A stretch of 44,838 nt of DNA, taken from assembly GCA_039679675.1 (NCBI GenBank), contig JBDKUN010000034.1, forward strand, positions 1 to 44,838, written 5' to 3'. The position numbers and the translations under genes were made by a program. This DNA is from Armatimonadota bacterium. Lineage in GTDB: Bacteria; Armatimonadota; UBA5829; DTLH01. Below, piece after piece: positions 8,794 through 19,180 of this stretch. Below the pieces are notes generated by a model that was not told the origin of the DNA, did not search any database, and saw only the letters and a list, made by a program, of their open reading frames with translations. Position 1 is the first letter of the stretch; every line of letters begins with the position of its first letter.

Positions 8794-11700
8794 ATGGCTG
8801 ACGCAAGAACCTTTGATAAGATACGTATAGGGATTGCATCGCCTGATGAGATAAGGGGATGGTCCTGCGGCGAAGTCAAGAAGCCGGAGACCATCAATTA
8901 TCGGACGTTCAAGCCCGAACGCGATGGACTGTTCTGCGAGCGGATATTCGGGCCGGTCAAGGACTGGGAATGCCACTGCGGCCGGTACAAGAAGGTCAAG
9001 TTCAAGGGAATCGTCTGCGACCGGTGCGGAGTCGAGGTAACGCGCTCCAAGGTTCGGCGCGAGAGAATGGGACACATTGAGCTTGCATCTCCGGTATCGC
9101 ATATCTGGTATCTGAAGGGTGTACCGAGCCCTATGGCCCTGCTTCTCGACATTAGCCCGAGGCCGCTGGAGCGGGTACTCTATTTCGCGTCTTATATAGT
9201 GACTCAGATCGACCGCCAGGCCATAAATGACCGTCTGGAAGATATAAGAGGCGCTGTCAATGCTGAGATAGAAGAGATCGAGACTCAGAAGGACGCGGCC
9301 ATTGCCAAACTTCGACGTGATCAGGTCAAAGACCAGAAAGAACACGAAGAAGATTGGTCCGAGGATGATGTCGAAGCCAGCAAAAAGCAGCTTGCCGACC
9401 GGATCAAGCAGGAAGAGAAAGATGCGGTAGAGCGGACCGAGGAGACGCAGAATACTCTGAAGCTCATCGAGAGCCTTCAGAGAAGAGAACTTATAAACGA
9501 AGATCAGTATAGAGCGCTTGAGAGGTTCCTTGATGTAATTGGCCAAAGGCTGGACATGAACCTCGCAGCGACGGTAAAAGCCGGAATGGGCGGCACTGCG
9601 ATCAAGGAGCTTTTGGCTGAAGTCGATCTCGAAAAAATGGCACGAGAACTCCGCAAGGAGATCTCGCAGACGCAGGGACCGAAGCGGGCCCGCGCAATCA
9701 AGCGGCTTGAAGTCGTAGATGCGTTCATCAACTCGAAGAGCAGGCCGGAATGGATGATTCTGGACTGTATACCGGTCATTTCGCCGGAGCTGAGGCCGAT
9801 GGTGCAGCTCGACGGCGGCAGGTTCGCCACAAGCGATCTGAATGACCTTTACAGAAGGATTATCAACCGGAACAACCGGCTCAAGAAGATCACTGAGATC
9901 CGCGCTCCTGAGTCGATTATCAACCACGAGAAGCGGCTCCTTCAGGAAGCTGTAGACGCGCTGATCGACAACGGCCGCCGGACAAGACCGGTAGTAGGCT
10001 CGAACAACAGGCCGCTCAAATCGCTTTCCGATATGCTGAAGGGTAAAGAAGGCCGGTTCAGAAAGAACCTGCTTGGAAAGCGCGTTGACTACTCCGGCCG
10101 TTCAGTCATCGTAGTCGGTCCCCATCTGAAGCTGCATCAGTGCGGTCTTCCTAAGGAAATGGCCCTTGAACTCTTCAAGCCGTTCGTAATGAAGACACTG
10201 GTCGAGCGCCAGTACACGTCTAACATCAAGACGGCAAAGAGAATGATCGATAAGATGAAGCCGGAAGTCTGGGATGCACTCGAAGAAGTGATCAGAGAGC
10301 ACCCGGTACTCCTGAACAGAGCGCCTACGCTTCACAGACTGGGAATCCAGGCGTTCGAGCCGGTTTTGGTAGACGGTAAAGCGATCCAGGTCCACCCGCT
10401 GGTATGCCACGCGTTCAACGCGGACTTCGACGGAGACCAGATGGCGGTGCATGTGCCGCTCTCAACTACCGCTCAGTCGGAGGCGAGAGTGTTGATGCTT
10501 GCGACGCATAACCTGTTCTCTCCTGCAGACGGGCGGCCTGTCGTTGCACCGACTCAGGACATCGTCTTAGGGGTTTATTATCTGACCCAGAAGAAGGATG
10601 TCACCGAGGATTATGTGCATCCGATATTTTCCAACAAACAAGAGGCGATGTTCGCTTATAACAGCGGTGTTATCGACCTCCATGACCCGATCAAGGTCAG
10701 GCTGGATTATAACGGTGAACGGAAGATGTACGAGACCACGGTTGGACGGTTGACATTCAACCAGATCCTGCCGGATGGAATGGACTATGTAGACATCGAA
10801 ATAGATAAGAAGGCAATGTCCAATCTCGTAAGCGACTGCTATGCTCAGTTCGGCGCAGAGAAGACTATTCAGCTTCTGGACGACTTGAAAGACATCGGAT
10901 ACCGGTATGCGACGTCTGGCGGGCTTACCATCTCAATGACCGATATGGACATACCTGGCAAGCGGGACGAAATCGTAGCCCGGACTGAAGAAGAGGTCAA
11001 GAAACATAACAGATACCATCAGCGTGGACATACGACCGCTGCAGAGAGAAAACAGAAGGTGCTTGACCTCTGGCTCAAAGCATCGGAAGACGTCGCTGAG
11101 GCTATTCTTGATAAGATCGACAAGTTCAACCCGATCTATATGATGACCAACTCCGGTGCGAGAGGTAGTAAGAGACAGATCACACAGCTCTCCGGTATGC
11201 GAGGCTTGATGAGCGACCCGTTCGGAAACCTGATCGAGGACCTTCCCATCAAGTCGAACTTCCACGAGGGACTGAACGTTCTAGAATACTTCATCTCGAC
11301 GCACGGTGCGAGAAAAGGTCTGGCGGACACCGCTCTTAGAACGGCGGACGCGGGGTACCTGACTCGAAGGCTCGTAGATGTCGCCCAGGATGTCATCGTT
11401 CGAGGTGACGACTGCGGTTCGGTCCAGGGTATCTATGTAACCCAGATCGAAGAGGGCGGAGAAGTAATAGAGCAGTTGCACGAACGGATCGCCGGTCGCT
11501 ATTCTCTTGAAGATATTTATCTTCCCGGCCAGGACGAGCCGATTGTCCGTGTGGGCGAAATGATAACCGATGATGCCGCTAAACAGATCGATGATGCCGG
11601 TGTCAAGAAGGTCGGTATACGTTCGCCGCTCTTCTGCGAGCTGAGACACGGAATCTGCGCCAAGTGCTACGGCCGTGATATGGCTCTCGGTAAACTTGTC

Positions 11701-13119
11701 GAAGCAGGGACTGCCGTTGGTATTATCGCCGCGCAGTCTATCGGTGAACCTGGCACGCAGTTGACGATGAGAACCTTCCACACGGGAGGAGTCGCCGGAA
11801 AATACCTGACAGGGGTTGCAGAGGTCAAGAAAAAGAAACAGGAGTCACTCCGTGAACTCCATGATGACATTCGCCGCGGACTCGTATCCTTCGAAGAAGA
11901 GGGCGCGCCTGCAAGTGCTGAACGCGAGAGAGTTCGTGCTGTCCAGGCGGTACTTAAGGTTCTTGAGGATCAGGTAAGGGGACTCCTTCGGGTTGTAGAG
12001 CTCTTCGAGGCCAGAAAACCTAAAGGCCAGGCGATTATTACGGAAGTCGCCGGTAAGGTCGTGGACATCGATACCCGTGGTCTGAAGAGGGTGGTTATCC
12101 ACTCGACAGCGGCGGGTTCCGATACTTCGGCGATGGCCGGTGAGGTTGCCGCTGAAGACATTATCGATCCGCAGACCGGTGAAGTGATGGTCTCAGAAGG
12201 TACGGACATCACCGAGCGGATAGCTCGAAAGATAGCAGAGGCTCAAGTCCAGGAAGTCGTGCTCAGAAAGACTCACCTGGTGCCTCACAGAGGTAAGCTG
12301 AACGTCGAAGTCGGCGATGAAGTCCGGCCAGGCAACAGACTGACAGAGGGCCCGCTCGATCCTCAGAAGGTTTTGGAGCTTCAGGGCGTGCACGGTATTA
12401 TGGAGTATCTCGTTGGAGAGATCCAGAGCGTGTATAAGAGCCAGGGCGTCGATATTAATGATAAGCACGTCGAGATTATAGTCCGGCAGATGCTGAAGCG
12501 CCGCCGGGTTCTCGAAGCCGGAGATTCCAAGTTCCTTCCGGGACAGGTTGTCGATAAGTTCGACTTCGAGGATGAGAATATCAGGATCAGAGAACAGGGT
12601 GGGGTCGAAGCAACCGCAGACTGGCTGCTCCTGGGTATCACGGAGGCATCTCTTGCTACCGACAGCTTCCTGTCAGCTGCGTCGTTCCAGAAGACGACCA
12701 GAGTCCTGACGGATGCTGCCGTAAGAGGCAAGAGAGACAACCTGGTTGGTCTGAAGGAAAACGTAATCATCGGCCGGTTGATCCCTGCCGGAACAGGTCT
12801 TCCTCGCTTCAGGGCGCTCGAAGTCCTGGGTGAGGATAAAGAGCCGATCTTTACACCGAAGAGCATCCTTGAGGCTCAGCCGGAAGAGGAAGAGGAGTTG
12901 TTTGCGATTACTCCCCAGCCGGAAGAAGAGACAGCAGCTGTGGACAGCCTGCTGCCTATCGGAGATGAAACCGAAGATGAGGAGCAGTTGGATACCCTGC
13001 TCGATACCGAAGACGAGATCATTTCGGATGAGGAAGACCTTGTCATACCCGACATCGACGAGGAAACTCCTAACCTCGACGAACCGACTATAGACAACGA
13101 CTCAGAGTCGGCAATCTGA
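8794..13119 (+). CDS. rpoC: DNA-directed RNA polymerase beta' subunit
   Basis: Zn finger CHCG...CDRC, catalytic [35 protein letters not shown]. Confidence 0.99.
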   Translation: MADARTFDKIRIGIASPDEIRGWSCGEVKKPETINYRTFKPERDGLFCERIFGPVKDWECHCGRYKKVKFKGIVCDRCGVEVTRSKVRRERMGHIELASPVSHIWYLKGVPSPMALLLDISPRPLERVLYFASYIVTQIDRQAINDRLEDIRGAVNAEIEEIETQKDAAIAKLRRDQVKDQKEHEEDWSEDDVEASKKQLADRIKQEEKDAVERTEETQNTLKLIESLQRRELINEDQYRALERFLDVIGQRLDMNLAATVKAGMGGTAIKELLAEVDLEKMARELRKEISQTQGPKRARAIKRLEVVDAFINSKSRPEWMILDCIPVISPELRPMVQLDGGRFATSDLNDLYRRIINRNNRLKKITEIRAPESIINHEKRLLQEAVDALIDNGRRTRPVVGSNNRPLKSLSDMLKGKEGRFRKNLLGKRVDYSGRSVIVVGPHLKLHQCGLPKEMALELFKPFVMKTLVERQYTSNIKTAKRMIDKMKPEVWDALEEVIREHPVLLNRAPTLHRLGIQAFEPVLVDGKAIQVHPLVCHAFNADFDGDQMAVHVPLSTTAQSEARVLMLATHNLFSPADGRPVVAPTQDIVLGVYYLTQKKDVTEDYVHPIFSNKQEAMFAYNSGVIDLHDPIKVRLDYNGERKMYETTVGRLTFNQILPDGMDYVDIEIDKKAMSNLVSDCYAQFGAEKTIQLLDDLKDIGYRYATSGGLTISMTDMDIPGKRDEIVARTEEEVKKHNRYHQRGHTTAAERKQKVLDLWLKASEDVAEAILDKIDKFNPIYMMTNSGARGSKRQITQLSGMRGLMSDPFGNLIEDLPIKSNFHEGLNVLEYFISTHGARKGLADTALRTADAGYLTRRLVDVAQDVIVRGDDCGSVQGIYVTQIEEGGEVIEQLHERIAGRYSLEDIYLPGQDEPIVRVGEMITDDAAKQIDDAGVKKVGIRSPLFCELRHGICAKCYGRDMALGKLVEAGTAVGIIAAQSIGEPGTQLTMRTFHTGGVAGKYLTGVAEVKKKKQESLRELHDDIRRGLVSFEEEGAPASAERERVRAVQAVLKVLEDQVRGLLRVVELFEARKPKGQAIITEVAGKVVDIDTRGLKRVVIHSTAAGSDTSAMAGEVAAEDIIDPQTGEVMVSEGTDITERIARKIAEAQVQEVVLRKTHLVPHRGKLNVEVGDEVRPGNRLTEGPLDPQKVLELQGVHGIMEYLVGEIQSVYKSQGVDINDKHVEIIVRQMLKRRRVLEAGDSKFLPGQVVDKFDFEDENIRIREQGGVEATADWLLLGITEASLATDSFLSAASFQKTTRVLTDAAVRGKRDNLVGLKENVIIGRLIPAGTGLPRFRALEVLGEDKEPIFTPKSILEAQPEEEEELFAITPQPEEETAAVDSLLPIGDETEDEEQLDTLLDTEDEIISDEEDLVIPDIDEETPNLDEPTIDNDSESAI

Positions 13120-13131
13120 AGCGAAACAAAC

Positions 13132-13170
13132 AAAAGGCCGGATCGTTGCTTTGATCCGGCCTTTCTTATT
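13132..13170 (+). terminator. Intrinsic terminator after rpoC
   Basis: AAAGGCCGGATC/GATCCGGCCTTT perfect stem plus T-rich tail. Confidence 0.85.
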
Positions 13171-13311
13171 GTTGCTGCGGAAATTGATTCTGTGCATATT
13201 GCACGATTATCCTAAATCTGACATTTCAGCAGCATAAGGATTTACACAATCTGCCCTTTTCTTCTCCCGCTGACACTCGAAAAGTAAAGCTCAAAAATCA
13301 TCGCATTATTT

Positions 13312-13327
13312 TGGCATATTATTTGCA
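13312..13327 (+). promoter_or_regulatory. Candidate sigma54 (-24/-12) promoter upstream of the GH130 gene
   Basis: TGGCAT-ATTAT-TTGCA fits TGGCAY-N5-TTGCW with exact spacing. Confidence 0.5.
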
Positions 13328-13461
13328 CACTAATTGACTGTTGAACTAGATTGCGTTAATATAGAACTAATAGAAAATGCGCTATTGTCGACAAAGATAG
13401 CGAATTTGTGTAACTAGCGGTTTTATCCCGGTGGACGGGGAAGTTATCAACGCTGATAAGG

Positions 13462-14631
13462 ATGGTTGATGTGGCAATAAGCTGTTTTACTCGACCCAGT
13501 ATTGAGCGCCTTAATCAAGGCCTGCCGCTGATTGCTGCTGATCCGAACGGTTGGGATAACGGTTTTACGTTGAACCCGACTGTTGTTCGGCTGGAGCGGT
13601 CCTTAAAAAATGACAAAATCATACAGGGTATATTAAGCCGGCACACTCTCGACGATTCACGGCTTAAAGACGGCATAGTCGCCGTTTTTTACAGGGGAAT
13701 ACCTAAGGAAACCCCGGAAAATCCGGTCCTTAGATCTTCCGTCGGACTTGCGGTCTTTACACCGGAGTTCGAACTTATTGAGAGATTAGGTCATCCGCTT
13801 GTCGTACCGGAAGATGACATCCTCGGATACGATTATAATGGGGTGGAAGACCAGCGGGTAACTCGGATTGGCGACACATTCTACATGGTGTACTGCGGCT
13901 ATAATCCGAACTATCCTATTGAGCACAATATTCATGTCTGCATGGCTAAGTCCGACGATCTGCTTCATTGGACCAAGCTTGGGCCTATAAGCGGAAGCGT
14001 GAACGACCATCCGAATAAGGATGCTGTAATCCTGCCGGAGCCTGTCAATGGGATGTATGTAATGCTGCACAGGCCCATGATCGGTCAGCAGGGCAGTTTC
14101 AGCATCGCGCTTGCCGCGAGCCATTCACCGACGGGAGAATGGCAGGATTACGGAACGATCATGCGGGCGACTCCGGATCCGCGGTACAGGACATCCTGGC
14201 TCGGTGCGGGGTCTGCGCCTCTGCCTATCGGCGATAATCGTTATCTTGTGGATTATCACACAGGTAATTATTACGCTACAGGCGAGAGAGACTATTACGC
14301 GGGATATGCCATACTGAACTTCAACAAGCTGGATATCAACAATCCTGAATCGATTGTTGAAGCCCGCTGTGATTGTATGCTGGTACCGGAGACACCTTAT
14401 GAGCTCAATTCTCCGTGGCCGCATGGAAAGAACCTTAATTGTGTTTTTCCTGCAGGAAGCTGTGAATACGGCGATGATCTGATCTTGCTTTATGGCGGAG
14501 CGGACGCATATGTGCTGGGAGCGCGAGTCAAAAAGCAGGAACTGGTTGCGTTTCTCGAATCGATAGGTAATAATTACAACTTTAATAAAGACTCCCTCGG
14601 AGGACCGGTAGCAAACAGAAGAGCAGTATAG
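13462..14631 (+). CDS. Glycoside hydrolase family 130-like five-bladed beta-propeller (mannoside phosphorylase/hydrolase)
   Basis: FTLNP, GVEDQRVT (EDxR), NKDAVILPE...LHRP, GAGSAP, VFPAG, YGGAD motifs. Confidence 0.8.
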   Translation: MVDVAISCFTRPSIERLNQGLPLIAADPNGWDNGFTLNPTVVRLERSLKNDKIIQGILSRHTLDDSRLKDGIVAVFYRGIPKETPENPVLRSSVGLAVFTPEFELIERLGHPLVVPEDDILGYDYNGVEDQRVTRIGDTFYMVYCGYNPNYPIEHNIHVCMAKSDDLLHWTKLGPISGSVNDHPNKDAVILPEPVNGMYVMLHRPMIGQQGSFSIALAASHSPTGEWQDYGTIMRATPDPRYRTSWLGAGSAPLPIGDNRYLVDYHTGNYYATGERDYYAGYAILNFNKLDINNPESIVEARCDCMLVPETPYELNSPWPHGKNLNCVFPAGSCEYGDDLILLYGGADAYVLGARVKKQELVAFLESIGNNYNFNKDSLGGPVANRRAV

Positions 14632-14667
14632 AAATGACCGGGGAGACCGGTTCTCCACCAATCCGAA

Positions 14668-14704
14668 AAGGCGGTTTCGGCGCAAAACACGCTGAAGCCG
14701 CCTT
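14668..14704. repeat. Palindromic repeat family 1, copy R1 (may double as terminator of the GH130 gene)
   Basis: AAGGCGGTTTCGGCG-CAAAACA-CGCTGAAGCCGCCTT; shares the TTCGGCGCAAAA..CGCYGAAGC core with the copies at 30.4-37.4 kb. Confidence 0.6.
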
Positions 14705-14842
14705 AAATTGTACCCCATCCATACCATCCTCATTTTATAATTGTGTGACTTCGCACCCAACCTGCTTTGTGATATAGTATACATTGAAGATTAGTGAGAT
14801 ATTTATCTCCGCGACTTGATACTTGAGGAGGGTGCAACTACT

Positions 14843-15244
14843 TTGGCTGGACTGGAACTGCTGGATGACGACGGATGGTGTTTTGCCTGTGGTGAAAACA
14901 ATCCTATCGGCCTCAAATTGAAGTTCGAAAAACAGGACGGCAGATATGTCGCCAAATTTACTCCTCGAAAAGAGCATCAGGGCTACAAAGGCATTACACA
15001 TGGCGGAATTGTGAGCACACTCCTCGACGAGGCCATGGCAAGGTTTGCCTGGGCGGAGGGATATAACACTGTTACCGCTGAGATGACTGTCCGGTTCAAA
15101 CGGCCCGCCCTGACCGGCGTGGAACTGACGCTTACCGGCAATATCACCGGCGAGGAGCGGAGGACGGTCCTCTGCACGGCTCAGGCTACTGATCCTGAAG
15201 GTACTGTGATCGCCGAAGCTATGGCAAGGATGATGAAGATATGA
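14843..15244 (+). CDS. PaaI-family hotdog-fold thioesterase
   Basis: CFACGENNPIGL, HQGYKGITHGGIVSTLLDEAM; TTG start behind GAGGAGG. Confidence 0.9.
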   Translation: MAGLELLDDDGWCFACGENNPIGLKLKFEKQDGRYVAKFTPRKEHQGYKGITHGGIVSTLLDEAMARFAWAEGYNTVTAEMTVRFKRPALTGVELTLTGNITGEERRTVLCTAQATDPEGTVIAEAMARMMKI

Positions 15245-15504
15245 ACGGCAACGATTCGGATACAAGTCTTGTACAGGTTTATAGAGCGCCCACTGAGACA
15301 CTGGCATACATAGTAAAAGGGGTGCTTGAGGATGAGGGAATCGAAGCTTCTCTCAAGTCTCTGCAAATTCCCTGGTACGATGGGATAATGCGGATGGGCG
15401 AAGGCTACTGGGGCGATGTCCTTGTCTTGGAAGGCGATGCCAACAGGGCACGTGAGATTATCAAATCATACGAAGATAGAGGAAACGAAGCCAATGAAGT
15501 CTGA
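15241..15504 (+). CDS. DUF2007-like small protein
   Basis: VYRAPTETLAYIVKGVLEDEGIEA...VLVLEGDANRAREII pattern; 4-nt overlap with the thioesterase gene. Confidence 0.7.
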   Translation: MNGNDSDTSLVQVYRAPTETLAYIVKGVLEDEGIEASLKSLQIPWYDGIMRMGEGYWGDVLVLEGDANRAREIIKSYEDRGNEANEV

Positions 15505-16399
15505 TATGCACGATTGCGCGCTTGCGGCGGCGGAAAAGAGCATACGCGAGCTCGTCGAGTCCAATGCAACCAACAAAGTAGTCCGAAAGGAGCGGCTTTC
15601 CGATACTGTCGTCCTTTTCGAGCTGGACAACCCGCTGATCGCAAGAAGCGCGAAAGCCGGACAGTTTGTTATAATTCGCCCCGGCACTGAGAGTGAACGG
15701 ATTCCGCTTACCATCTCGGATGCAGATCCGGCAAAAGGCACTATCACCATTATCTTCCAGATCGTTGGCCGGACAACTATGGAGTTGTCGAGAATCGAAC
15801 AGGGCCAGTCTGTCCCGGATGTCTGCGGACCGCTTGGAACCCCCACGGAGATCGAAAAGTTCGGCACATGTATCTGCGTCGGCGGAGGGGTCGGCATTGC
15901 CTTCCTAAGACCGATCACAAAAGCCCTCAAAGCAGCTGGAAATGAAGTCCTGATGGTCCTCGGTGCACGGGAAAAGAGCCTGCTCATCCTCGAAAATGAA
16001 ATGCGCGAGCTATCCGACGAGATTTTCCTAACAACAGACGACGGCAGCTACGGCAAGAAGGGGCTTGTCACCGATGTCATAAAGGAAGTGCTCGAAAGCG
16101 GACGGAAGATCGACTATATCTTCGCAATCGGGCCTATGCCGATGATGCGCGCGGTCTCCGATACGACAAAACCGTTTGGGGTGAAGACAATCGTCTCACT
16201 CGATCCGGTTATGATCGACGGAACCGGGATGTGTGGCGGCTGCCGGGTGACTGTAGGCGGAAAGACCAAGTTCACCTGCGTCGACGGCCCGGATTTCGAC
16301 GCCCATGAGGTCGATTGGGCGGAGCTTAGGACCAGAAAGTCTTATTATTTTGATGAAGAGCGCGTAGCCAGAGAGCTGGCAGCCAAGGAGGAGAAGTAA
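15494..16399 (+). CDS. nfnA: NfnA/SudB-type FAD/NAD-binding [2Fe-2S] subunit of NADH-dependent ferredoxin:NADP+ oxidoreductase
   Basis: AGQFVI, ERIPLTI, GPLG, GGGVG, TDDGSYG, DGTGMCGGCRV...CVDGPDFD. Confidence 0.88.
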   Translation: MKSDMHDCALAAAEKSIRELVESNATNKVVRKERLSDTVVLFELDNPLIARSAKAGQFVIIRPGTESERIPLTISDADPAKGTITIIFQIVGRTTMELSRIEQGQSVPDVCGPLGTPTEIEKFGTCICVGGGVGIAFLRPITKALKAAGNEVLMVLGAREKSLLILENEMRELSDEIFLTTDDGSYGKKGLVTDVIKEVLESGRKIDYIFAIGPMPMMRAVSDTTKPFGVKTIVSLDPVMIDGTGMCGGCRVTVGGKTKFTCVDGPDFDAHEVDWAELRTRKSYYFDEERVARELAAKEEK

Positions 16400-17847
16400 T
16401 GAGCAGAGTCAAAGAGCGCGAGCCGATGCCGCATCAGCCCGGCAAAGAGCGCGTGAAGAATTTCCTTGAGGTTGCCCTTGGTTACAGCGAAGAGCAGGCG
16501 CTCGGTGAAGCAGGCCGGTGTCTTAACTGCAAGAAAAAGCCCTGCATGCAGGGCTGCCCGGTCAATGTAGACATTCCTGCATTCGTGAAGCTTGCCGCAG
16601 AAGGCAAATTTATGGAATCTGCAGCCGCGCTGAAGAATGATAATGCTCTTCCGGCGGTCTGCGGAAGAGTCTGTCCTCAGGAAGAGCAGTGCGAAAAATT
16701 CTGCGTCCTTGGGAAAACTGGCCAGCCGGTTGCAATCGGAAGAATTGAACGCTACGTCGCAGATTACGAAGCCAATCATTCTAACGGCAGCGCAAAGGGA
16801 TCGTTTAAACCGAAAGACCCATCGCTTGCAAAATATGCGGTCGCGGTAGTCGGCTCCGGCCCTTCCGGGCTCACGGTTGCGGGAGACCTTGCGAAGATGG
16901 GCTACTCGGTCACGATCTTCGAGGCGCTCCATGACACGGGCGGCGTGCTCCGCTACGGAATTCCTGAGTTCAGGCTGCCGAGAAACATCTTGAACAGAGA
17001 AGTCGAATATGTTAAGTCGCTCGGTGTCAAGATTGTAAAAAACGTCGTTATTGGGAAGACCGTCACGATAGAAGAGCTGCTTTCCGGCGGGTTCGACGCG
17101 GCGTTTGTCGGCTCAGGCGCCGGTGCTCCGCAGATGATGAACCTGCCCGGCGAGAACCTAAATGGCGTCCTTTCCGGCAACGAATGGCTCACCAGAATCA
17201 ACCTGATGAGGGCCTTCAAGTTCCCTGAATACGGCACACCCTTAAAACATGCGAAGAAAGTCGCAGTCATCGGCGCGGGCAACACCGCCATGGACTGCGC
17301 GAGGACCGCGCTTAGAATCGGCGCTGAGGAAGTCACAATCGTCTACCGCCGCTCAAGGACAGAGATGCCCGCGAGAGCTGAAGAGATCGAGAACGCGGAG
17401 GAAGAGGGTGTAAAGCTCAAGCTCCTCACGAACCCGATAAGATTCATCGGCGACGAAAAGGGATGGCTGACCTCGATGGAATGCCTCCAGATGGAGCTTG
17501 GCGAGCCGGACGACTCAGGCCGGAGAAGGCCGGTGCCGGTCAAAGGCTCCGAGTTCACGCTTGATGTCGATACGGCGATCATTGCAATCGGACAGACACC
17601 GAACCCGCTCATCAGAAGCACCACAGGCGGTCTCGAAGTCACCAAGTGGGGCGGAATAATCATAAACGAAGAGACCGGAATGACCTCAATTCCTGGCCTT
17701 TTCGCTGGCGGCGACGCGGTCACAGGCGCTGCGACGGTCATCACCGCTATGGGCGCGGGAAAGGTCGCTGCTGCCGGTATAGACAAATATATCCGCGAAA
17801 AACACGGGCTGCCATTAACTGAACCTAAATGCGAATGTGAAGGCTGA
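16399..17847 (+). CDS. nfnB: NfnB/SudA (GltD-like) FAD, 2x[4Fe-4S] subunit
   Basis: RCLNCKKKPCMQGCP, CGRVCPQEEQCE, GSGPSG, YGIPEFRLP, GAGNTAMD; coupled to nfnA by TAATG; no gltB nearby. Confidence 0.88.
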   Translation: MSRVKEREPMPHQPGKERVKNFLEVALGYSEEQALGEAGRCLNCKKKPCMQGCPVNVDIPAFVKLAAEGKFMESAAALKNDNALPAVCGRVCPQEEQCEKFCVLGKTGQPVAIGRIERYVADYEANHSNGSAKGSFKPKDPSLAKYAVAVVGSGPSGLTVAGDLAKMGYSVTIFEALHDTGGVLRYGIPEFRLPRNILNREVEYVKSLGVKIVKNVVIGKTVTIEELLSGGFDAAFVGSGAGAPQMMNLPGENLNGVLSGNEWLTRINLMRAFKFPEYGTPLKHAKKVAVIGAGNTAMDCARTALRIGAEEVTIVYRRSRTEMPARAEEIENAEEEGVKLKLLTNPIRFIGDEKGWLTSMECLQMELGEPDDSGRRRPVPVKGSEFTLDVDTAIIAIGQTPNPLIRSTTGGLEVTKWGGIIINEETGMTSIPGLFAGGDAVTGAATVITAMGAGKVAAAGIDKYIREKHGLPLTEPKCECEG

Positions 17848-17854
17848 AATCTGT

Positions 17855-17886
17855 AAAGGGCAGAGAGGCTTGTTTCTCTGCCCTTT
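17855..17886 (+). terminator. Intrinsic terminator after nfnB
   Basis: AAAGGGCAGAGA/TCTCTGCCCTTT perfect stem. Confidence 0.75.
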
Positions 17887-17910
17887 GGTGTAATCTCTCC
17901 CAAGTAGCCG

Positions 17911-17940
17911 TTGACAGCGCCTGCCTCCTACGAGTATGAT
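17911..17940 (+). promoter_or_regulatory. Sigma70 promoter of the yhaM-like gene
   Basis: TTGACA-18 nt-TATGAT. Confidence 0.6.
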
Positions 17941-17959
17941 TCTTTTGGGGAAAGAGCGC

Positions 17960-18997
17960 ATGAAAAACTACTATGTGTCCGGGCTGTGCGACGGCTCACG
18001 GATAGACGACATTTTTCTTATTCACAACAAATCACTCGGTTACACACAGGACGGTTCGCCGTTTGTACGTATGAGACTCGGCGACCGCACAGGGACCATC
18101 GATGCTATCAAGTGGGATGTGAGCGAAGCCGCATGCGACGCAATATCGAGCGATGAGTTCATTCGGGTCCGGGGCATTGTTACCACATATAACGGCAGGC
18201 TGCAGATAAAGGTAGATACCTTCCGTCCCTATAACGACCGTATCGATCCGACCGATTTTCTGCCGCGCTCGGAAAAAGACATCGATGAGATGCTTGAAGA
18301 GTTCAAAAAGATCATCGATTCGGTCGAGCATCCGCAGTTGAAAGCGCTGTTGGGCTACTTTTTCAAAGACCAGGAGTTCCTGTCCAGGTTTTCAACGGCG
18401 CCTGCTGCTCAAAAGATCCACCATGCCTACATAGGCGGGCTGCTGGAACACACCCTTTCCGCTGCAAAGCTGTGTGAGTTCGCCGCGGCGCATTTCCCTG
18501 GCATAGACCACGACCTGCTTATAACAGGAGCCGTGCTGCACGACATCGGCAAGGTGGAAGAGTTCTGCTGGGACAAGTCGATAAGATACTCCGACAACGG
18601 GCATCTGATCGGTCACGTCGTAATCGGAGCTCAGATGGTAAAGGAAGCAGCCGACACTATCGAGGGTTTCCATCCGCTTCTAAAGTCTGTAATGGTTCAC
18701 ATTATGCTCTCCCACCACGGGGAGAAAGAATGGGGAGCAGCGAAACGACCTAAAATCATCGAGGCTATTATCCTTCACATTCTGGAAGACCTCGACGCGA
18801 AGGTCAACACTTTCAAACAGGCTGTGGGTAAGGATACTCCTGTGAGTGAATCCAGCCTCTGGACAGAGAAAAACTGGGTATTCGAGCGCCCGTTGTTCAA
18901 AGGGCTGCCCTCAGAGATCATGAACCCGTCTGCTGCCGGTACACAAAGCATAGACGAATTGTTGGAACCGGACTATAATCCATTTGCCGAAGAGTAG
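17960..18997 (+). CDS. yhaM: YhaM/Cbf1-family 3'-5' exoribonuclease (OB fold + HD domain)
   Basis: LGDRTGTIDA OB fold; PAAQKIHHAYIGGLLEH, LHDIGK, SHHG motifs. Confidence 0.88.
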   Translation: MKNYYVSGLCDGSRIDDIFLIHNKSLGYTQDGSPFVRMRLGDRTGTIDAIKWDVSEAACDAISSDEFIRVRGIVTTYNGRLQIKVDTFRPYNDRIDPTDFLPRSEKDIDEMLEEFKKIIDSVEHPQLKALLGYFFKDQEFLSRFSTAPAAQKIHHAYIGGLLEHTLSAAKLCEFAAAHFPGIDHDLLITGAVLHDIGKVEEFCWDKSIRYSDNGHLIGHVVIGAQMVKEAADTIEGFHPLLKSVMVHIMLSHHGEKEWGAAKRPKIIEAIILHILEDLDAKVNTFKQAVGKDTPVSESSLWTEKNWVFERPLFKGLPSEIMNPSAAGTQSIDELLEPDYNPFAEE

Positions 18998-19105
18998 ACC
19001 ATCCGTTATCCTGCTTTATCCCTATCTCTCCGCCGCCAAGCGCAGGAGCACGCCTGTTTTATATCAAAGGGAATACTGTCACGTTAGTGGAAAATAGTGA
19101 GGCAT

Positions 19106-19180
19106 AATAAAAGGCCGGGAAGCCTGGCCTACTTCCCGGCCTGGAGGTTCAGACCATTCAAAGAATGATCCCTGCCTCAT
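19106..19180 (-). ncRNA. Candidate ~75-nt small RNA
   Basis: Minus-strand TTGTCT-17-TATAAT (19214-19186), then stem-loop GAGG-CAG-GGATCATTC-TTT-GAATGGTCT-GAA-CCTC, then terminator AGGCCGGGAAG/CTTCCCGGCCT-TTT. Confidence 0.5.

Noticed and set aside
8569..9927. 452-aa minus-strand ORF, and other antisense ORFs across rpoB/rpoC
   Set aside because: Antisense shadows of highly conserved genes, with no recognisable motifs.
16399..17847. Glutamate synthase small subunit (gltD)
   Set aside because: No large subunit adjacent, and pairing with an NfnA-type gene indicates NfnB/SudA.
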